A DNA stretch of 64,000 nucleotides from the human T2T-CHM13v2.0 reference genome, Homo sapiens, in NCBI RefSeq assembly GCF_009914755.1, contig NC_060931.1; one strand, 5' to 3'. Below are positions 13,701-27,100 of the stretch, piece after piece. Numbering within the stretch: position 1 is the stretch's first letter; every line of letters starts with the position of its first letter. Position numbers and translations under genes: made by a program. The notes under the pieces are model-generated. The model searched no databases. It was given only the letters and a program-made list of their open reading frames with translations, and was not told the origin of the DNA.

Positions 13701-16700
13701 TCTTTGTGCTGTGTATATTCAACTCACAGAGTGGAACGTCCCTTTGCACAGAGCAGATTTGAAACGCTCTTTTTGTGGAATTTGCAAGTAGAGATTTCTA
13801 GCGATTTGATGCCAACAGTAGAAAAGGAAATATCTTCAAAAAAAACTAGACAGAATCATTCTCAGAAACTACTTTGTGATGTGTGCCTTCAACTCACAGA
13901 GTTTAACCTTTCTTTTCATAGAGGAGTTTGGAAACACACTGTTGGTAAAGTCTGCCATTGGATATATGGACCTGTTTGAGGCCTTCGTTGGAAACGGGAT
14001 TTCTTCATTGAATGCTAGACGGAAGAATTCTCAGTAAATACTTTGTGTTGTGTGCATTCAACTCACAGAATGGAACGTCCCTTTAGACAGAGCAGATTTG
14101 AAACACTCTTTTTGCGGAATTTGCAAGTGGAGATTTCTAGCCATTTGATGCCAACAGTAGAAAGGGAAATATCTTCAAATAAAAACCAGACAGAATCATT
14201 CTCAGAAAATTCTTTGTGATGTGTGCGTTCAACTCACATAGTTTAACCTTTCTTTTCATAGAGCAGTTTGGAAACACTCTGTTTGTAAAGTCTGCAAGTG
14301 GATATATGGACCGCATTGAGGCCTTCGTTGGAAACGGGATTTCTTCATTTCATGCTAGACAGAAGAATTCTCAGTAACTTCTTTGTGCTGTGTGTATTCA
14401 ACTCACAGAGTGGAACGTCCCTTTGCACAGAGCAGATTTGAAACACTCTTTTTGTGGAATTTGCAAGTGGAGATTTCAAGCGATTTGATGCCAACAGTAG
14501 AAAAGGAAATATCTTCAAATAAAAACTAGACAGAATCATTCTCAGAAACTACTTTGTGATGTGTGCCTTCAACTCACAGAGTTTAACCTTTCTTTTCTTA
14601 GAGCAGTTTAGAAACACTCTGCTTGTTATGTCTGCAAGTGGATATTTGGACCTCTTTGAGGCCTTCGTTGCAAACGGGGTTTCTTCCTTTAATGCTAGAC
14701 TAAGAAGAGTTCTCAGTAACTTTTTTGTGTTGTGTGTATTCAACTCACAGAGTTGAACCTTGCTTTAGAGAGAGCAGATTTGAAACACTCTGGCTGTGGC
14801 ATTTTCAGGTGGAGATTTCAGGCGATTTGAGGACCATTGCACAAAAGGAACTATCTTCGTATAATAACCAGACAGAATCATTCTCAGAAAGTGCTTTGTG
14901 ATGTGTGCATTCAACTCACAGAGTTTAACCTTTCTTTTCATAGAGGAGTTTGGAAACACACTGTTTGTAAAGTCTGCAAGTGGATATATGGACCTGTTTG
15001 AGGCCTTCGTTGGAAACGGGATTTTATCATATAATGCTAGACGGAAGAATTCTCAGTAAATTCTTTGTGTTGTGTGCATTCAACTCACAGAGTGGAACGT
15101 CCCTTTAGACAGAGCATGTTTGAAACACTCTTTTTGCGGAATTTGCAAGTGGAGATTTCTAGCCATTTGATGCCAACAGTAGAAAGGGAAATATCTTCAA
15201 ATAAAAACTAGACAGAATCATCCTCAGAAAATTCTTTGTGATGTGTGCGTTCAACTCACATAGTTTAACCTTTCTTTTCATAGAGCAGTTTGGAAACACT
15301 CTGTTGGTAATGTCTGCAAGTGGATACATGGACCGCATTGAGGCCTTCGTTGGAAACGGGATTTCTTCATTTCATGCTAGACAGAAGAATTCTCAGTAAC
15401 TTCTTTGTGCTGTGTGTATTCAACTCACAGAGTGGAACGTCCCTTTGCACAGAGCAGATTTGAAACACTCTTTTTGTGGAATTTGCAAGTGGAGATTTCA
15501 AGCGATTTGATGCCAACAGTAGAAAAGGAAATATCTTCAAATAAAAACTAGACAGAATCATTCTCAGAAACTACTTTGTGAAGTGTGCCTTCAACTCACA
15601 GAGTTTAACCTTTCTTTTCATAGAGGAGTTTGGTAACACACTGTTTGTAATGTCTGCAATTGGATATATGGACCTGTTTGAGGCCTTCGTTGGAAACGGG
15701 ATTTCTTCATTGAATGCTAGACGGAAGAATTCTCAGTAAATTCTTTGTGTTGTGTGCATTCAACTCACAGAGTGGAACGTCCCTTTAGACAGAGCAGATT
15801 TGAAACACTCTTTTTGCGGAATTTGCAAGTGGAGATTTCTAGCCATTTGATGCCAACAGTAGAAAGGGAAATATCTTCAAATAAAAACCAGACAGAATCA
15901 TTCTCAGAAAATTCTTTGTGATGTGTGCGTTCAACTCACATAGTTTAACCTTTCTTTTCATAGAGCAGTTTGGAAACACTTTGTTTGTAAAGTCTGCAAG
16001 TGGATATATGGACCGCATTGAGGCCTTCGTTGGAAACGGGATTTCTTCATTTCATGCTAGACAGAAGAATTCTCAGTAACTTCTTTGTGCTGTGTGTATT
16101 CAACTCACAGAGTGGAACGTCCCTTTATACAGAGCAGATTTGAAACACTCTTTTTGTGGAATTTGCAAGTGGAGATTTCAAGCGATTTGATGCCAACATT
16201 AGAAAAGGAAATATCTTCAAATAAAAACTAGACAGAATCATTCTCAGAAACTACTTTGTGATGTGTGCCTTCAACTCACAGAGTTTAACCTTTCTTTTCT
16301 TAGAGCAGTTTAGAAACACTCTGCTTGTTATGTCTGCAAGTGGATATTTGGACCTCTTTGAGGCCTTCGTTGCAAACGGGGTTTCTTCCTTTAATGCTAG
16401 ACTAAGAAGAGTTCTCAGTAACTTTTTTGTGTTGTGTGTATTCAACTCACAGAGTGGAACCTTGCTTTAGAGAGAGCAGATTTGAAACACTCTTGCTGTG
16501 GCGTTTTCAGGTGGAGATTTCAAGCGATTTGAGGACAATTGCAGAAAAGGAAATATCTTCGTATAATAACCAGACAGAATCATTCTCAGAAAGTGCTTTG
16601 TGATGTGCGCGTTCAACTCACAGAGTTTAACCTTTCTTTTCATAGAGGAGTTTGGAAACACACTGTTTGTAAAGTCTGCAAGTGGATATATGGACCTGTT

Positions 16701-19700
16701 TGAGGCCTTCGTTGGAAACGGGATTTCTTCATTGAATGCTAGACGGAAGAATTCTCAGTAAATTCTTTGTGTTGTGTGCATTCAACTCACAGAGTGGGAC
16801 GTCCCTTTAGACAGAGCAGATTTGAAACACTCTTTTTGCGGAATTTGCAAGTGGAGATTTCTAGCCATTTGATGCCAACAGTAGAAAGGGAAATATCTTC
16901 AAATAAAAACCAGACAGAATCATTCTCAGAAAATTCTTTCTAATGTGTGCGTTCAACTCACATAGTTTAACCTTTCTTTTCATAGAGCAGTTTGGAAACA
17001 CTCTGTTTGTAAAGTCTGCAAGTGGATATATGGACCGCATTGAGGCCTTCGTTGGAAACGGGATTTCTTCATTTCATGCTAGACAGAAGAATTCTCAGTA
17101 ACTTCTTTGTGCTGTGTGTATTCAACTCACAGAGTGGAACGTCCCTTTGCACAGAGCAGATTTGAAACACTCTTTTTGTGGAATTTGCAAGTGGAGATTT
17201 CAAGCGATTTGATGCCAACAGTAGAAAAGGAAATATCTTCAAATAAAAACTAGACAGAATCATTCTCAGAAACTACTTTGTGATGTGTGCCTTCAACTCA
17301 CAGAGTTTAACCTTTCTTTTCTTAGAGCAGTTTAGAAACACTCTGCTTGTTATGTCTGCAAGTGGATATTTGGACCTCTTTGAGGTCTTCGTTGCAAACG
17401 GGGTTTCTTCATTGAATGCTAGACTAAGAAGAGTTCTCAGTAACTTTTTTGTGTTGTGTGTATTCAACTCACAGAGTTGAACCTTCCTTTAGAGAAAGCA
17501 GATTTGAAACACTCTTGCTGTGGCATTTTCAGGTGGAGATTTCAAGCGATTTGAGGACAATTGCAGAAAAGGAAATATCTTCGTATAATAACCGGACAGA
17601 ATCATTCTCAGAAAGTGCTTTGTGATGTGCGTGTTCAACTCACAGAGTTTAACCTTTCTTTTCATAGAGGAGTTTGGAAACACACTCTTTGTAAAGTCTG
17701 CAAGTGGATATATGGACCTGTTTGAGGCCTTCGTTGGAAACGGGATTTCTTCATTGAATGCTAGACGGAAGAATTCTCAGTAAATTCTTTGTGTTGTGTG
17801 CATTCAACTCACAGAGTGGAACGTCACTTTAGACAGAGCAGATTTGAAACACTCTTTTTGCGGAATTTGCAAGTGGAGATTTCTAGCCATTTGATGCCAA
17901 CAGTAGAAAGGGAAATATCTTCAAATAAAAACCAGACAGAATCATTCTCAGAAAATTCTTTGTGATGTGTGCGTTGAACTCACATAGTTTAACCTTTCTT
18001 TTCATAGAGCAGTTTGGAAACACTCTGTTTGTAAAGTCTGCAAGTGGATATATGGACCGCATTGAGGCCTTCGTTGGAAACGGGATTTCTTCATTTCATG
18101 CTAGACAGAAGAATTCTCAGTAACTTCTTTGTGCTGTGTGTATTCAACTCACAGAGTGGAACGTCCCTTTGCACAGAGCAGATTTGAAACACTCTTTTTG
18201 TGGAATTTGCAAGTGGAGATTTCAAGCGATTTGATGCCAACAGTAGAAAAGGAAATATCTTCAAATAAAAACTAGACAGAATCATTCTCAGAAACTACTT
18301 TGTGAAGTGTGCCTTCAACTCACAGAGTTTAACCTTTCTTTTCATAGAGGAGTTTGGAAACACAATGTTTGTAATGTCTGCAATTGGATATATGGACCTG
18401 TTTGAGGCCTTCGTTGGAAACGGGATTTCTTCATTGAATGCTGGACGGAAGAATTCTCAGTAAATTCTTTGTGTTGTGTGCATTCAACTCACAGAGTGGA
18501 ACGTCCCTTTAGACAGAGCAGATTTGAAACACTCTTTTTGCGGAATTTGCAAGTGGAGATTTCTAGCCATTTGATGCCAACAGTAGAAAGGGAAATATCT
18601 TCAAATAAAAACCAGACAGAATCATTCTCAGAAAATTCTTTGTGATGTGTGCGTTCAACTCACATACTTTAAACTTTCTTTTCATAGAACAGTTTGGAAA
18701 CACTCTGTTGTTAAAGTCTGCAAGTGGATATATGGACCGCATTGAGGCCTTCGTTGGAAACGGGATTTCTTCATTTCATGCTAGACAGAAGAATTCTCAG
18801 TAACTTCTTTGTGCTGTGTGTATTCAACTCACAGAGTGGAACGTCCCTTTATACAGAGCAGATTTGAAACACTCTTTTTGTGGAATTTGCAAGTGGAGAT
18901 TTCAAGCGATTTGATGCCAACAGTAGAAAAGGAAATATCTTCAAATAAAAACTAGACAGAATCATTCTCAGAAACTACTTTGTGATGTGTGCCTTCAACT
19001 CACAGAGTTTAACCTTTCTTTTCTTAGAGCAGTTTAGAAACACTCTGCTTGTTATGTCTGCAAGTGGATATTTGGACCTCTTTGAGGCCTTCGTTGCAAA
19101 CGGGGTTTCTTCCTTTAATGCTAGACTAAGAAGAGTTCTCAGTAACTTTTTTGTGTTGTGTGTATTCAACTCACAGAGTTGAACCTTGCTTTAGAGAGAG
19201 CAGATTTGAAACACTCTTGCTGTGGCATTTTCAGGTGGAGATTTCAAGCGATTTGAGGACAATTGCAGAAAAGGAAATATCTTCGTATAATAACCAGACA
19301 GAATCATTCTCAGAAAGTGCTTTGTGATGTGCGCGTTCAACTCACAGACTTTAACCTTTCTTTTCATAGAGGAGTTTGGAAACACACTGTTTGTAAAGTC
19401 TGCAAGTGGATATATGGACCTGTTTGAGGCCTTCGTTGGAAACGGGATTTCTTCATTGAATGCTAGACGGAAGAATTCTCAGTAAATTCTTTGTGTTGTG
19501 TGCATTCATCTCACAGAGTGGAACGTCCCTTTGGACAGAGCAGATTTGAAACACTCTTTTTGCGGAATTTGCAAGTGGAGATTTCTAGCCATTTGATGCT
19601 AACAGTAGAAAGGGAAATATCTTCAAATAAAAACCAGACAGAATCATTCTCAGAAAATTCTTTGTGATGTGTGCGTTCAACTCACATAGTTTAACCTTTC

Positions 19701-22700
19701 TTTTCATAGAGCAGTTTGGAAACACTCTGTTTGTAAAGTCTGCAAGTGGATATATGGACCGCATTGAGGCCTTCGTTGGAAACGGGATTTCTTCATTTCA
19801 TGCTAGACAGAAGAATTCTCAGTAACTTCTTTGTGCTGTGTGTATTCAACTCACAGGGTGGAACGTCCCTTTGCACAGAGCAGATTTGAAACACTCTTTT
19901 TGTGGAATTTGCAAGTGGAGATTTCAAGCGATTTGATGCCAACAGTAGAAAAGGAAATATCTGCAAATAAAAACTAGACAGAATCATTCTCAGAAAGTGC
20001 TTTGTGAAGTGTGCCTTCAACTCACAGAGTTTAACCTTTCTTTTCGTAGAGGAGTTTGGAAACACACTGTTTGGAAAGTCTGCAATTGGATATATGGACC
20101 TGTTTGAGGCCTTCGTTGGAAACGGGATTTCTTCATTGAATGCTAGACGGAAGAATTCTCAGTAAATTCTTTGTGTTGTGTGCATTCAACTCACAGAGTG
20201 GAACGTCCCTTTAGACAGAGCAGATTTGAAACACTCTTTTTGCGGAATTTGCAAGTGGAGATTTCTAGCCATTTGATGCCAACAGTAGAAAGGGAAATAT
20301 CTTCAAATAAAAACCAGACAGAATCATTCTCAGAAAATTCTTTGTAATGTGTGCGTTCAACTCACAGAGTTTAACCTTTCTTTTCATAGAGGAGTTTGGA
20401 AACACTCTGTTTGTAAAGTCTGCAAGTGGATATATGGACCGCATTGAGGCCTTCGTTGGAAACGGGATTTCTTCATTTCATGCTAGACAGAAGAATTCTC
20501 AGTAACTTCTTTGTGCTGTGTGTATTCAACTCACAGAGTGGAACGTCCCTTTGCACAGAGCAGATTTGAAACACTCTTTTTGTGGAATTTGCAAGTGGAG
20601 ATTTCAAGCGATTTGATGCCAACAGTAGAAAAGGAAATATCTTCAAATAAAAACTAGACAGAATCATTCTCAGAAACTACTTTGTGAAGTGTGCCTTCAA
20701 CTCACAGAGTTTAACCTTTCTTTTCATAGAGGAGTTTGGAAACACACTGTTTGTAATGTCTGCAATTGGATATATGGACCTGTTTGAGGCCTTCGTTGGA
20801 AACGGGATTTCTTCATTGAATGCTAGACGGAAGAATTCTCAGTAAATTCTTTGTGTTGTGTGCATTCAACTCACAGAGTGGAACGTCCCTTTAGACAGAG
20901 CAGATTTGAAACACTCTTTTTGCGGAATTTGCAAATGGAGATTTCTAGCCATTTGATGCCAACAGTAGAAAGGGAAATATCTTCAAATAAAAACCAGACA
21001 GAATCATTCTCAGAAAATTCTTTGTGATGTGTGCGTTCAACTCACATAGTTTAACCTTTCTTTTCATAGAGCAGTTTGGAAACACTCTGTTTGTAAAGTC
21101 TGCAAGTGGATATATGGACCGCATTGAGGCCTTCGTTGGAAACGGGATTTCTTCATTTCATGCTAGACAGAAGAATTCTCAGTAACTTCTTTGTGCTGTG
21201 TGTATTCAACTCACAGAGTGGAACGTCCCTTTACACAGAGCAGATTTGAAACACTCTTTTTGTGGAATTTGCAAGTGGAGATTTCAAGCGATTTGATGCC
21301 AACAGTAGAAAAGGAAATATCTTCAAATAAAAACTAGACAGAATCATTCTCAGAAACTACTTTGTGATGTGTGCCTTCAACTCACAGAGTTTAACCTTTC
21401 TTTTCTTAGAGCAGTTTAGAAACACTCTGCTTGTTATGTCTGCAAGTGGATATTTGGACCTCTTTGAGGCCTTCGTTGCAAACGGGGTTTCTTCCTTTAA
21501 TGCTAGACTAAGAAGAGTTCTCAGTAACTTTTTTGTGTTGTGTGTATTCAACTCACAGAGTTGAACCTTGCTTTAGAGAGAGCAGATTTGAAACACTCTT
21601 GCTGTGGCATTTTCAGGTGGAGATTTCAAGCGATTTGAGGACAATTGCAGAAAAGGAAATATCTTCGTATAATAACCAGACAGAATCATTCTCAGAAAGT
21701 GCTTTCTGATGTGCGCGTTCAACTCACAGAGTTTAACCTTTCTTTTCATAGAGGAGTTTGGAAACACACTGTTTGTAAAGTCTGCAAGTGGATATATGGA
21801 CCTGTTTGAGGCCTTCGTTGGAAACGGGATTTCTTCATTGAATGCTAGACGGAAGAATTCTCAGTAAATTCTTTGTGTTGTGTGCATTCATCTCACAGAG
21901 TGGAACGTCCCTTTGGTCAGAGCAGATTTGAAACACTCTTTTTGCGGAATTTGCAAGTGGAGATTTCTAGCCATTTGATGCAAACAGTAGAAAGGGAAAT
22001 ATCTTCAAATAAAAACCAGACAGAATCATTCTCAGAAAATTCTTTGTGATGTGTGCGTTCAACTCACATAGTTTAACCTTTCTTTTCATAGAGCAGTTTG
22101 GAAACACTCTGTTTGTAAAGTCTGCAAGTGGATATATTGACCGCATTGAGGCCTTCGTTGGAAACGGGATTTCTTCATTTCATGCTAGACAGAAGAATTC
22201 TCAGTAACTTCTTTGTGCTGTGTGTATTCAACTCACAGAGTGGAACGTCCCTTTGCACAGAGCAGATTTGAAACACTCTTTTTGTGGAATTTGCAAGTGG
22301 AGATTTCAAGCGATTTGATGCCAACAGTAGAAAAGGAAATATCTTCAAATAAAAACTAGACAGAATCATTCTCAGAAACTACTTTGTGATGTGTGCCTTC
22401 AACTCACAGAGTTTAACCTTTCTTTTCTTAGAGCAGTTTAGAAACACTCTGCTTGTTATGTCTGCAAGTGGATATTTGGACCTCTTTGAGGCCTTCATTG
22501 CAAACGGGGTTTCTTCCTTTCATGCTAGACTAAGAAGAGTTCTCAGTAACTTTTTTGTGTTGTGTGTATTCAACTCACAGAGTTGAACCTTGCTTTAGAG
22601 AGAGCAGATTTGAAACACTCTTGCTGTGGCATTTTCATGTGGAGATTTCAAGCGATTTGAGGACAATTGCAGAAAAGGAAATATCTTCGTATAATAACCA

Positions 22701-24171
22701 GACAGAATCATTCTCAGAAAGTGCTTTGTGATGTGCGTGTTCAACTCACAGAGTTTAACCTTTCTTTTCATAGAGCAGTTTGGAAACACTCTGTTTGTAA
22801 AGTCTGCAAGTGGATATATGGACCGCATTGAGGCCTTCGTTGGAAACGGGATTTCTTCATTTCATGCTAGACAGAAGAATTCTCAGTAACTTCTTTGTGC
22901 TGTGTGTATTCAACTCACAGAGTGGAACGTCCCTTTGCACAGAGCAGATTTGAAACACTCTTTTTGTGGAATTTGCAATTGGAGATTTCAAGCGATTTGA
23001 TGCCAACAGTAGAAAAGGAAATATCTTCAAATAAAAACTAGACAGAATCATTCTCAGAAACTACTTTGTGAAGTGTGCCTTCAACTCACAGAGTTTAACC
23101 TTTCTTTTCATAGAGGAGTTTGGAAACACACTGTTTGTAATGTCTGCATTTGGATATATGGACCTGTTTGAGGCCTTCGTTGGAAACGGGATTTCTTCAT
23201 TGAATGCTAGACGGAAGAATTCTCAGTAAATTCTTTGTGTTGTGTGCATTCAACTCACAGAGTGGAACGTCCCTTTAGACAGAGCACATTTGAAACACTC
23301 TTTTGCGGAATTTGCAAGTGGAGATTTCTAGCCATTTGATGCCAACAGTAGAAAGGGAAATATCTTCAAATAAAAACCAGACAGAATCATTCTCAGAAAA
23401 TTCTTTGTGATGTGTGCGTTCAACTCACATAGTTTAACCTTTCTTTTCATAGAGCAGTTTGGAAACACTCTGTTTGTAAAGTCTGCAAGTGGATATATGG
23501 ACCGCATTGAGGCCTTCGTTGGAAACGGGATTTCTTCATTTCATGCTAGACAGAAGAATTCTCAGTAACTTCTTTGTGCTGTGTGTATTCAACTCACAGA
23601 GTGGAACGTCCCTTTGCACAGAGCAGATTTGAAACACTCTTTTTGTGGAATTTGCAAGTGGAGATTTCAAGCGATTTGATGCCAACAGAAGAAAAGGAAA
23701 TATCTTCAAATAAAAACTAGACAGAATCATTCTCAGAAAGTAATTTGTGATGTGTGCCTTCAACTCACAGAGTTTAACCTTTCTTTTCTTAGAGCAGTTT
23801 AGAAACACTCTGCTTGTTATGTCTGCAAGTGGATATTTGGACCTCTTTGAGGACTTCGTTGCAAACGGGGTTTCTTCCTTTAATGGTAGACTAAGAAGAG
23901 TTCTCAGTAACTTTTTTGTGTTGTGTGTATTCAACTCACAGAGTTGAACCTTGCTTTAGAGAGAGCAGATTTGAAACACTCTTGCTGTGGCATTTTCAGG
24001 TGGAGATTTCAAGCGATTTGAGGACAATTGCAGAAAAGGAAATATCTTCGTATAATAACCAGACACAATCATTCTCAGAAAGTGCTTTGTGATGTGTGCG
24101 TTCAACTCACAGAGTTTAACCTTTCTTTTCATAGAGGAGTTTGGAAACACACTGTTTGTAAAGTCTGCAAT

Positions 24172-27100
24172 TGGATATATGGACCTGTTTGAGGCCTTCG
24201 TTGGAAACGGGATTTCTTCATTGAATGCTAGACGGAAGAATTCTCAGTAAATTCTTTGTGTTGTGTGCATTCAACTCACAGAGTGTGGAACGTCCCTTTA
24301 GACAGAGCACATTTGAAACACTCTTTTTGCGGAATTTGCAAGTAGAGATTTCTAGCCATTTGATGCCAACAGTAGAAAGGGAAATATCTTCAAATAAAAA
24401 CTAGACAGAATCATCCTCAGAAAATTCTTTGTGATGTGTGCGTTCAACTCACATAGTTTAACCTTTCTTTTCATAGAGCAGTTTGGAAACACTCTGTTGG
24501 TAATGTCTGCAAGTGGATATATGGACCGCTTTGAGGCCTTCGTTGGAAACGGGATTTCTTCATTTCATGCTAGACAGAAGAATTCTCAGTAACTTCTTTG
24601 TGTTGTGTGTATTCAACTTACAGATTGGAACGTCCCTTTACACAGAGCAGATTTGAAACACTCTTTTTGTGGAATTTGCAAGTGGAGATTTCAAGCGATT
24701 TGATGCCAACAGTAGAAAAGGAAATATCTTCAAATAAAAACTAGACACAATCATTCTCAGAAAGTGCTTTGTGATGTGTGCGTTCAACTCACAGTGTTTA
24801 ACCTTTTTTTTCTTAGAGGAGTTTGGAAACACACTGTTTGTAAAGTCTGCAATTGGATATATGGACCTGTTTGAGGCCTTCGTTGGAAACGGGATTTCTT
24901 CATTGAATGCTAGACGGAAGAATTCTCAGTAAATTCTTTGTGTTGTGTGCATTCAACTCACAGAGTGGAACGTCCCTTTAGACAGAGCAGATTTGAAACA
25001 CTCTTTTTGCGGAATTTGCAAGTGGAGATTTCTAGCCATTTGATGCCAACAGTAGAAAGGGAAATATCTTCAAATAAAAACCAGACAGAATCATTCTCAG
25101 AAAATTCTTTGTGATGTGTGCGTTCAACTCACATAGTTTAACCTTTCTTTTCATAGAGCAGTTTGGAAACACTCTGTTTGTAAAGTCTGCAAGTGGATAT
25201 ATGGACCGCATTGAGGCCTTCGTTGGAAACGGGATTTCTTCATTTTATGCTAGACAGAAGAATTCTCAGTAACTTCTTTGTGCTGTGTGTATTCAACTCA
25301 CAGAGTGGAACGTCCCTTTACACAGAGCGGATTTGAAACACTCTTTTTGTGGAATTTGCAAGTGGAGATTTCAAGCGATTTGATGCCAACAGAAGAAAAG
25401 GAAATATCTTCAAATAAAAACTAGACAGAATCATTCTCAGAAACTACTTTGTGATGTGTGCCTTAAACTCACAGAGTTTAACCTTTCTTTTCTTAGAGCA
25501 GTTTAGAAACACTCTGCTTGTTATGTCTGCAAGTGGATATTTGGACCTCTTTGAGGCCTTTGTTGCAAACGGGGTTTCTTCATTTAATGCTAGACTAAGA
25601 AGAGTTCTCAGTAACTTTTTTGTGTTGTGTGTTTTCAACTCACAGAGTTGAACCTTGCTTTAGAGAGAGCAGATTTGAAACACTCTTGCTGTGGCATTTT
25701 CAGGTGGAGATTTCAAGCGATTTGAGGACAATTGCAGAAAAGGAAATATCTTCGTATAATAACCAGACAGAATCATTCTCAGAAAGTGCTTTGTGATGTG
25801 TGCGTTCAACTCACAGAGTTTAACCTTTCTTTTCATAGAGGAGTTTGGAAACACACTGTTTGTAAAGTCTGCAAGTGGATATATGGACCTGTTTGAGGCC
25901 TTCGTTGGAAACGGGATTTTATCATATAATGCTAGACGGAAGAATTCTCAGTAAATTCTTTGTGTTGTGTGCATTCAACTCACAGAGTGGAACGTCCCTT
26001 TAGACAGAGCAGATTTGAAACACTCTTTTTGCGGAATTTGCAAGTGGAGATTTCTAGCCATTTGATGCCAACAGTAGAAAGGGAAATATCTTCAAATAAA
26101 AACCAGACAGAATCATTCTCAGAAAATTCTTTGTGATGTGTGCGTTCAACTCACATAGTTTAACCTTTCTTTTCATAGAGCAGTTTGGAAACACTCTGTT
26201 GGTAAAGTCTGCAAGTGGATATATGGACCGCATTGAGGCCTTCATTGGAAACGGGATTTCTTCATTTCATGCTAGACAGAAGAATTCTCAGTAACTTCTT
26301 TGTGCTGTGTGTATTCAACTCACAGAGTGGAACGTCCCTTTACACAGAGCAGATTTGAAACACTCTTTTTGTGGAATTTGCAAGTGGAGATTTCAAGCAA
26401 TTTCTTGCCAACAGTAGAAAAGGAAATATCTTCAAATAAAAACTAGACAGAATCATTCTCAGAAACTACTTTGTGATGTGTGCCTTCAACTCACAGAGTT
26501 TAACCTTTCTTTTCTTAGAGCAGTTTAGAAACACTCTGCTTGTTATGTCTGCAAGTGGATATTTGGACCTCTTTGAGGCCTTCGTTGCAAACGGGGTTTC
26601 TTCCTTTAATGCTAGACTAAGAAGAGTTCTCAGTAACTTTTTTGTGTTGTGTGTATTCAACTCACAGAGGTGAACCTTGCTTTAGAGAGAGCAGATTTGA
26701 AACACTCTTGCTGTGGCATTTTCAGGTGGAGATTTCAAGCGATTTGAGGACAATTGCAGAAAAGGAAATATCTTCGTATAATAACCAGACAGAATCATTC
26801 TCAGAAAGTGCTTTGTGATGTGTGCGTTCAACTCACAGAGTTTAACCTTTCTTTTCATAGAGGAGTTTGGAAACACACTGTTTGTAAAGTCTGCAAGTGG
26901 ATATATGGACCTGTTTGAGGCCTTCGTTGGAAACGGGATTTCTTCATTGAATGCTAGACGGAAGAATTCTCAGTAAATTCTTTGTGTTGTGTGCATTCAA
27001 CTCACAGAGTGTGGAACGTCCCTTTAGACAGAGCACATTTGAAACACTCTTTTTGCGGAATTTGCAAGTAGAGATTTCTAGCCATTTGATGCCAACAGTA

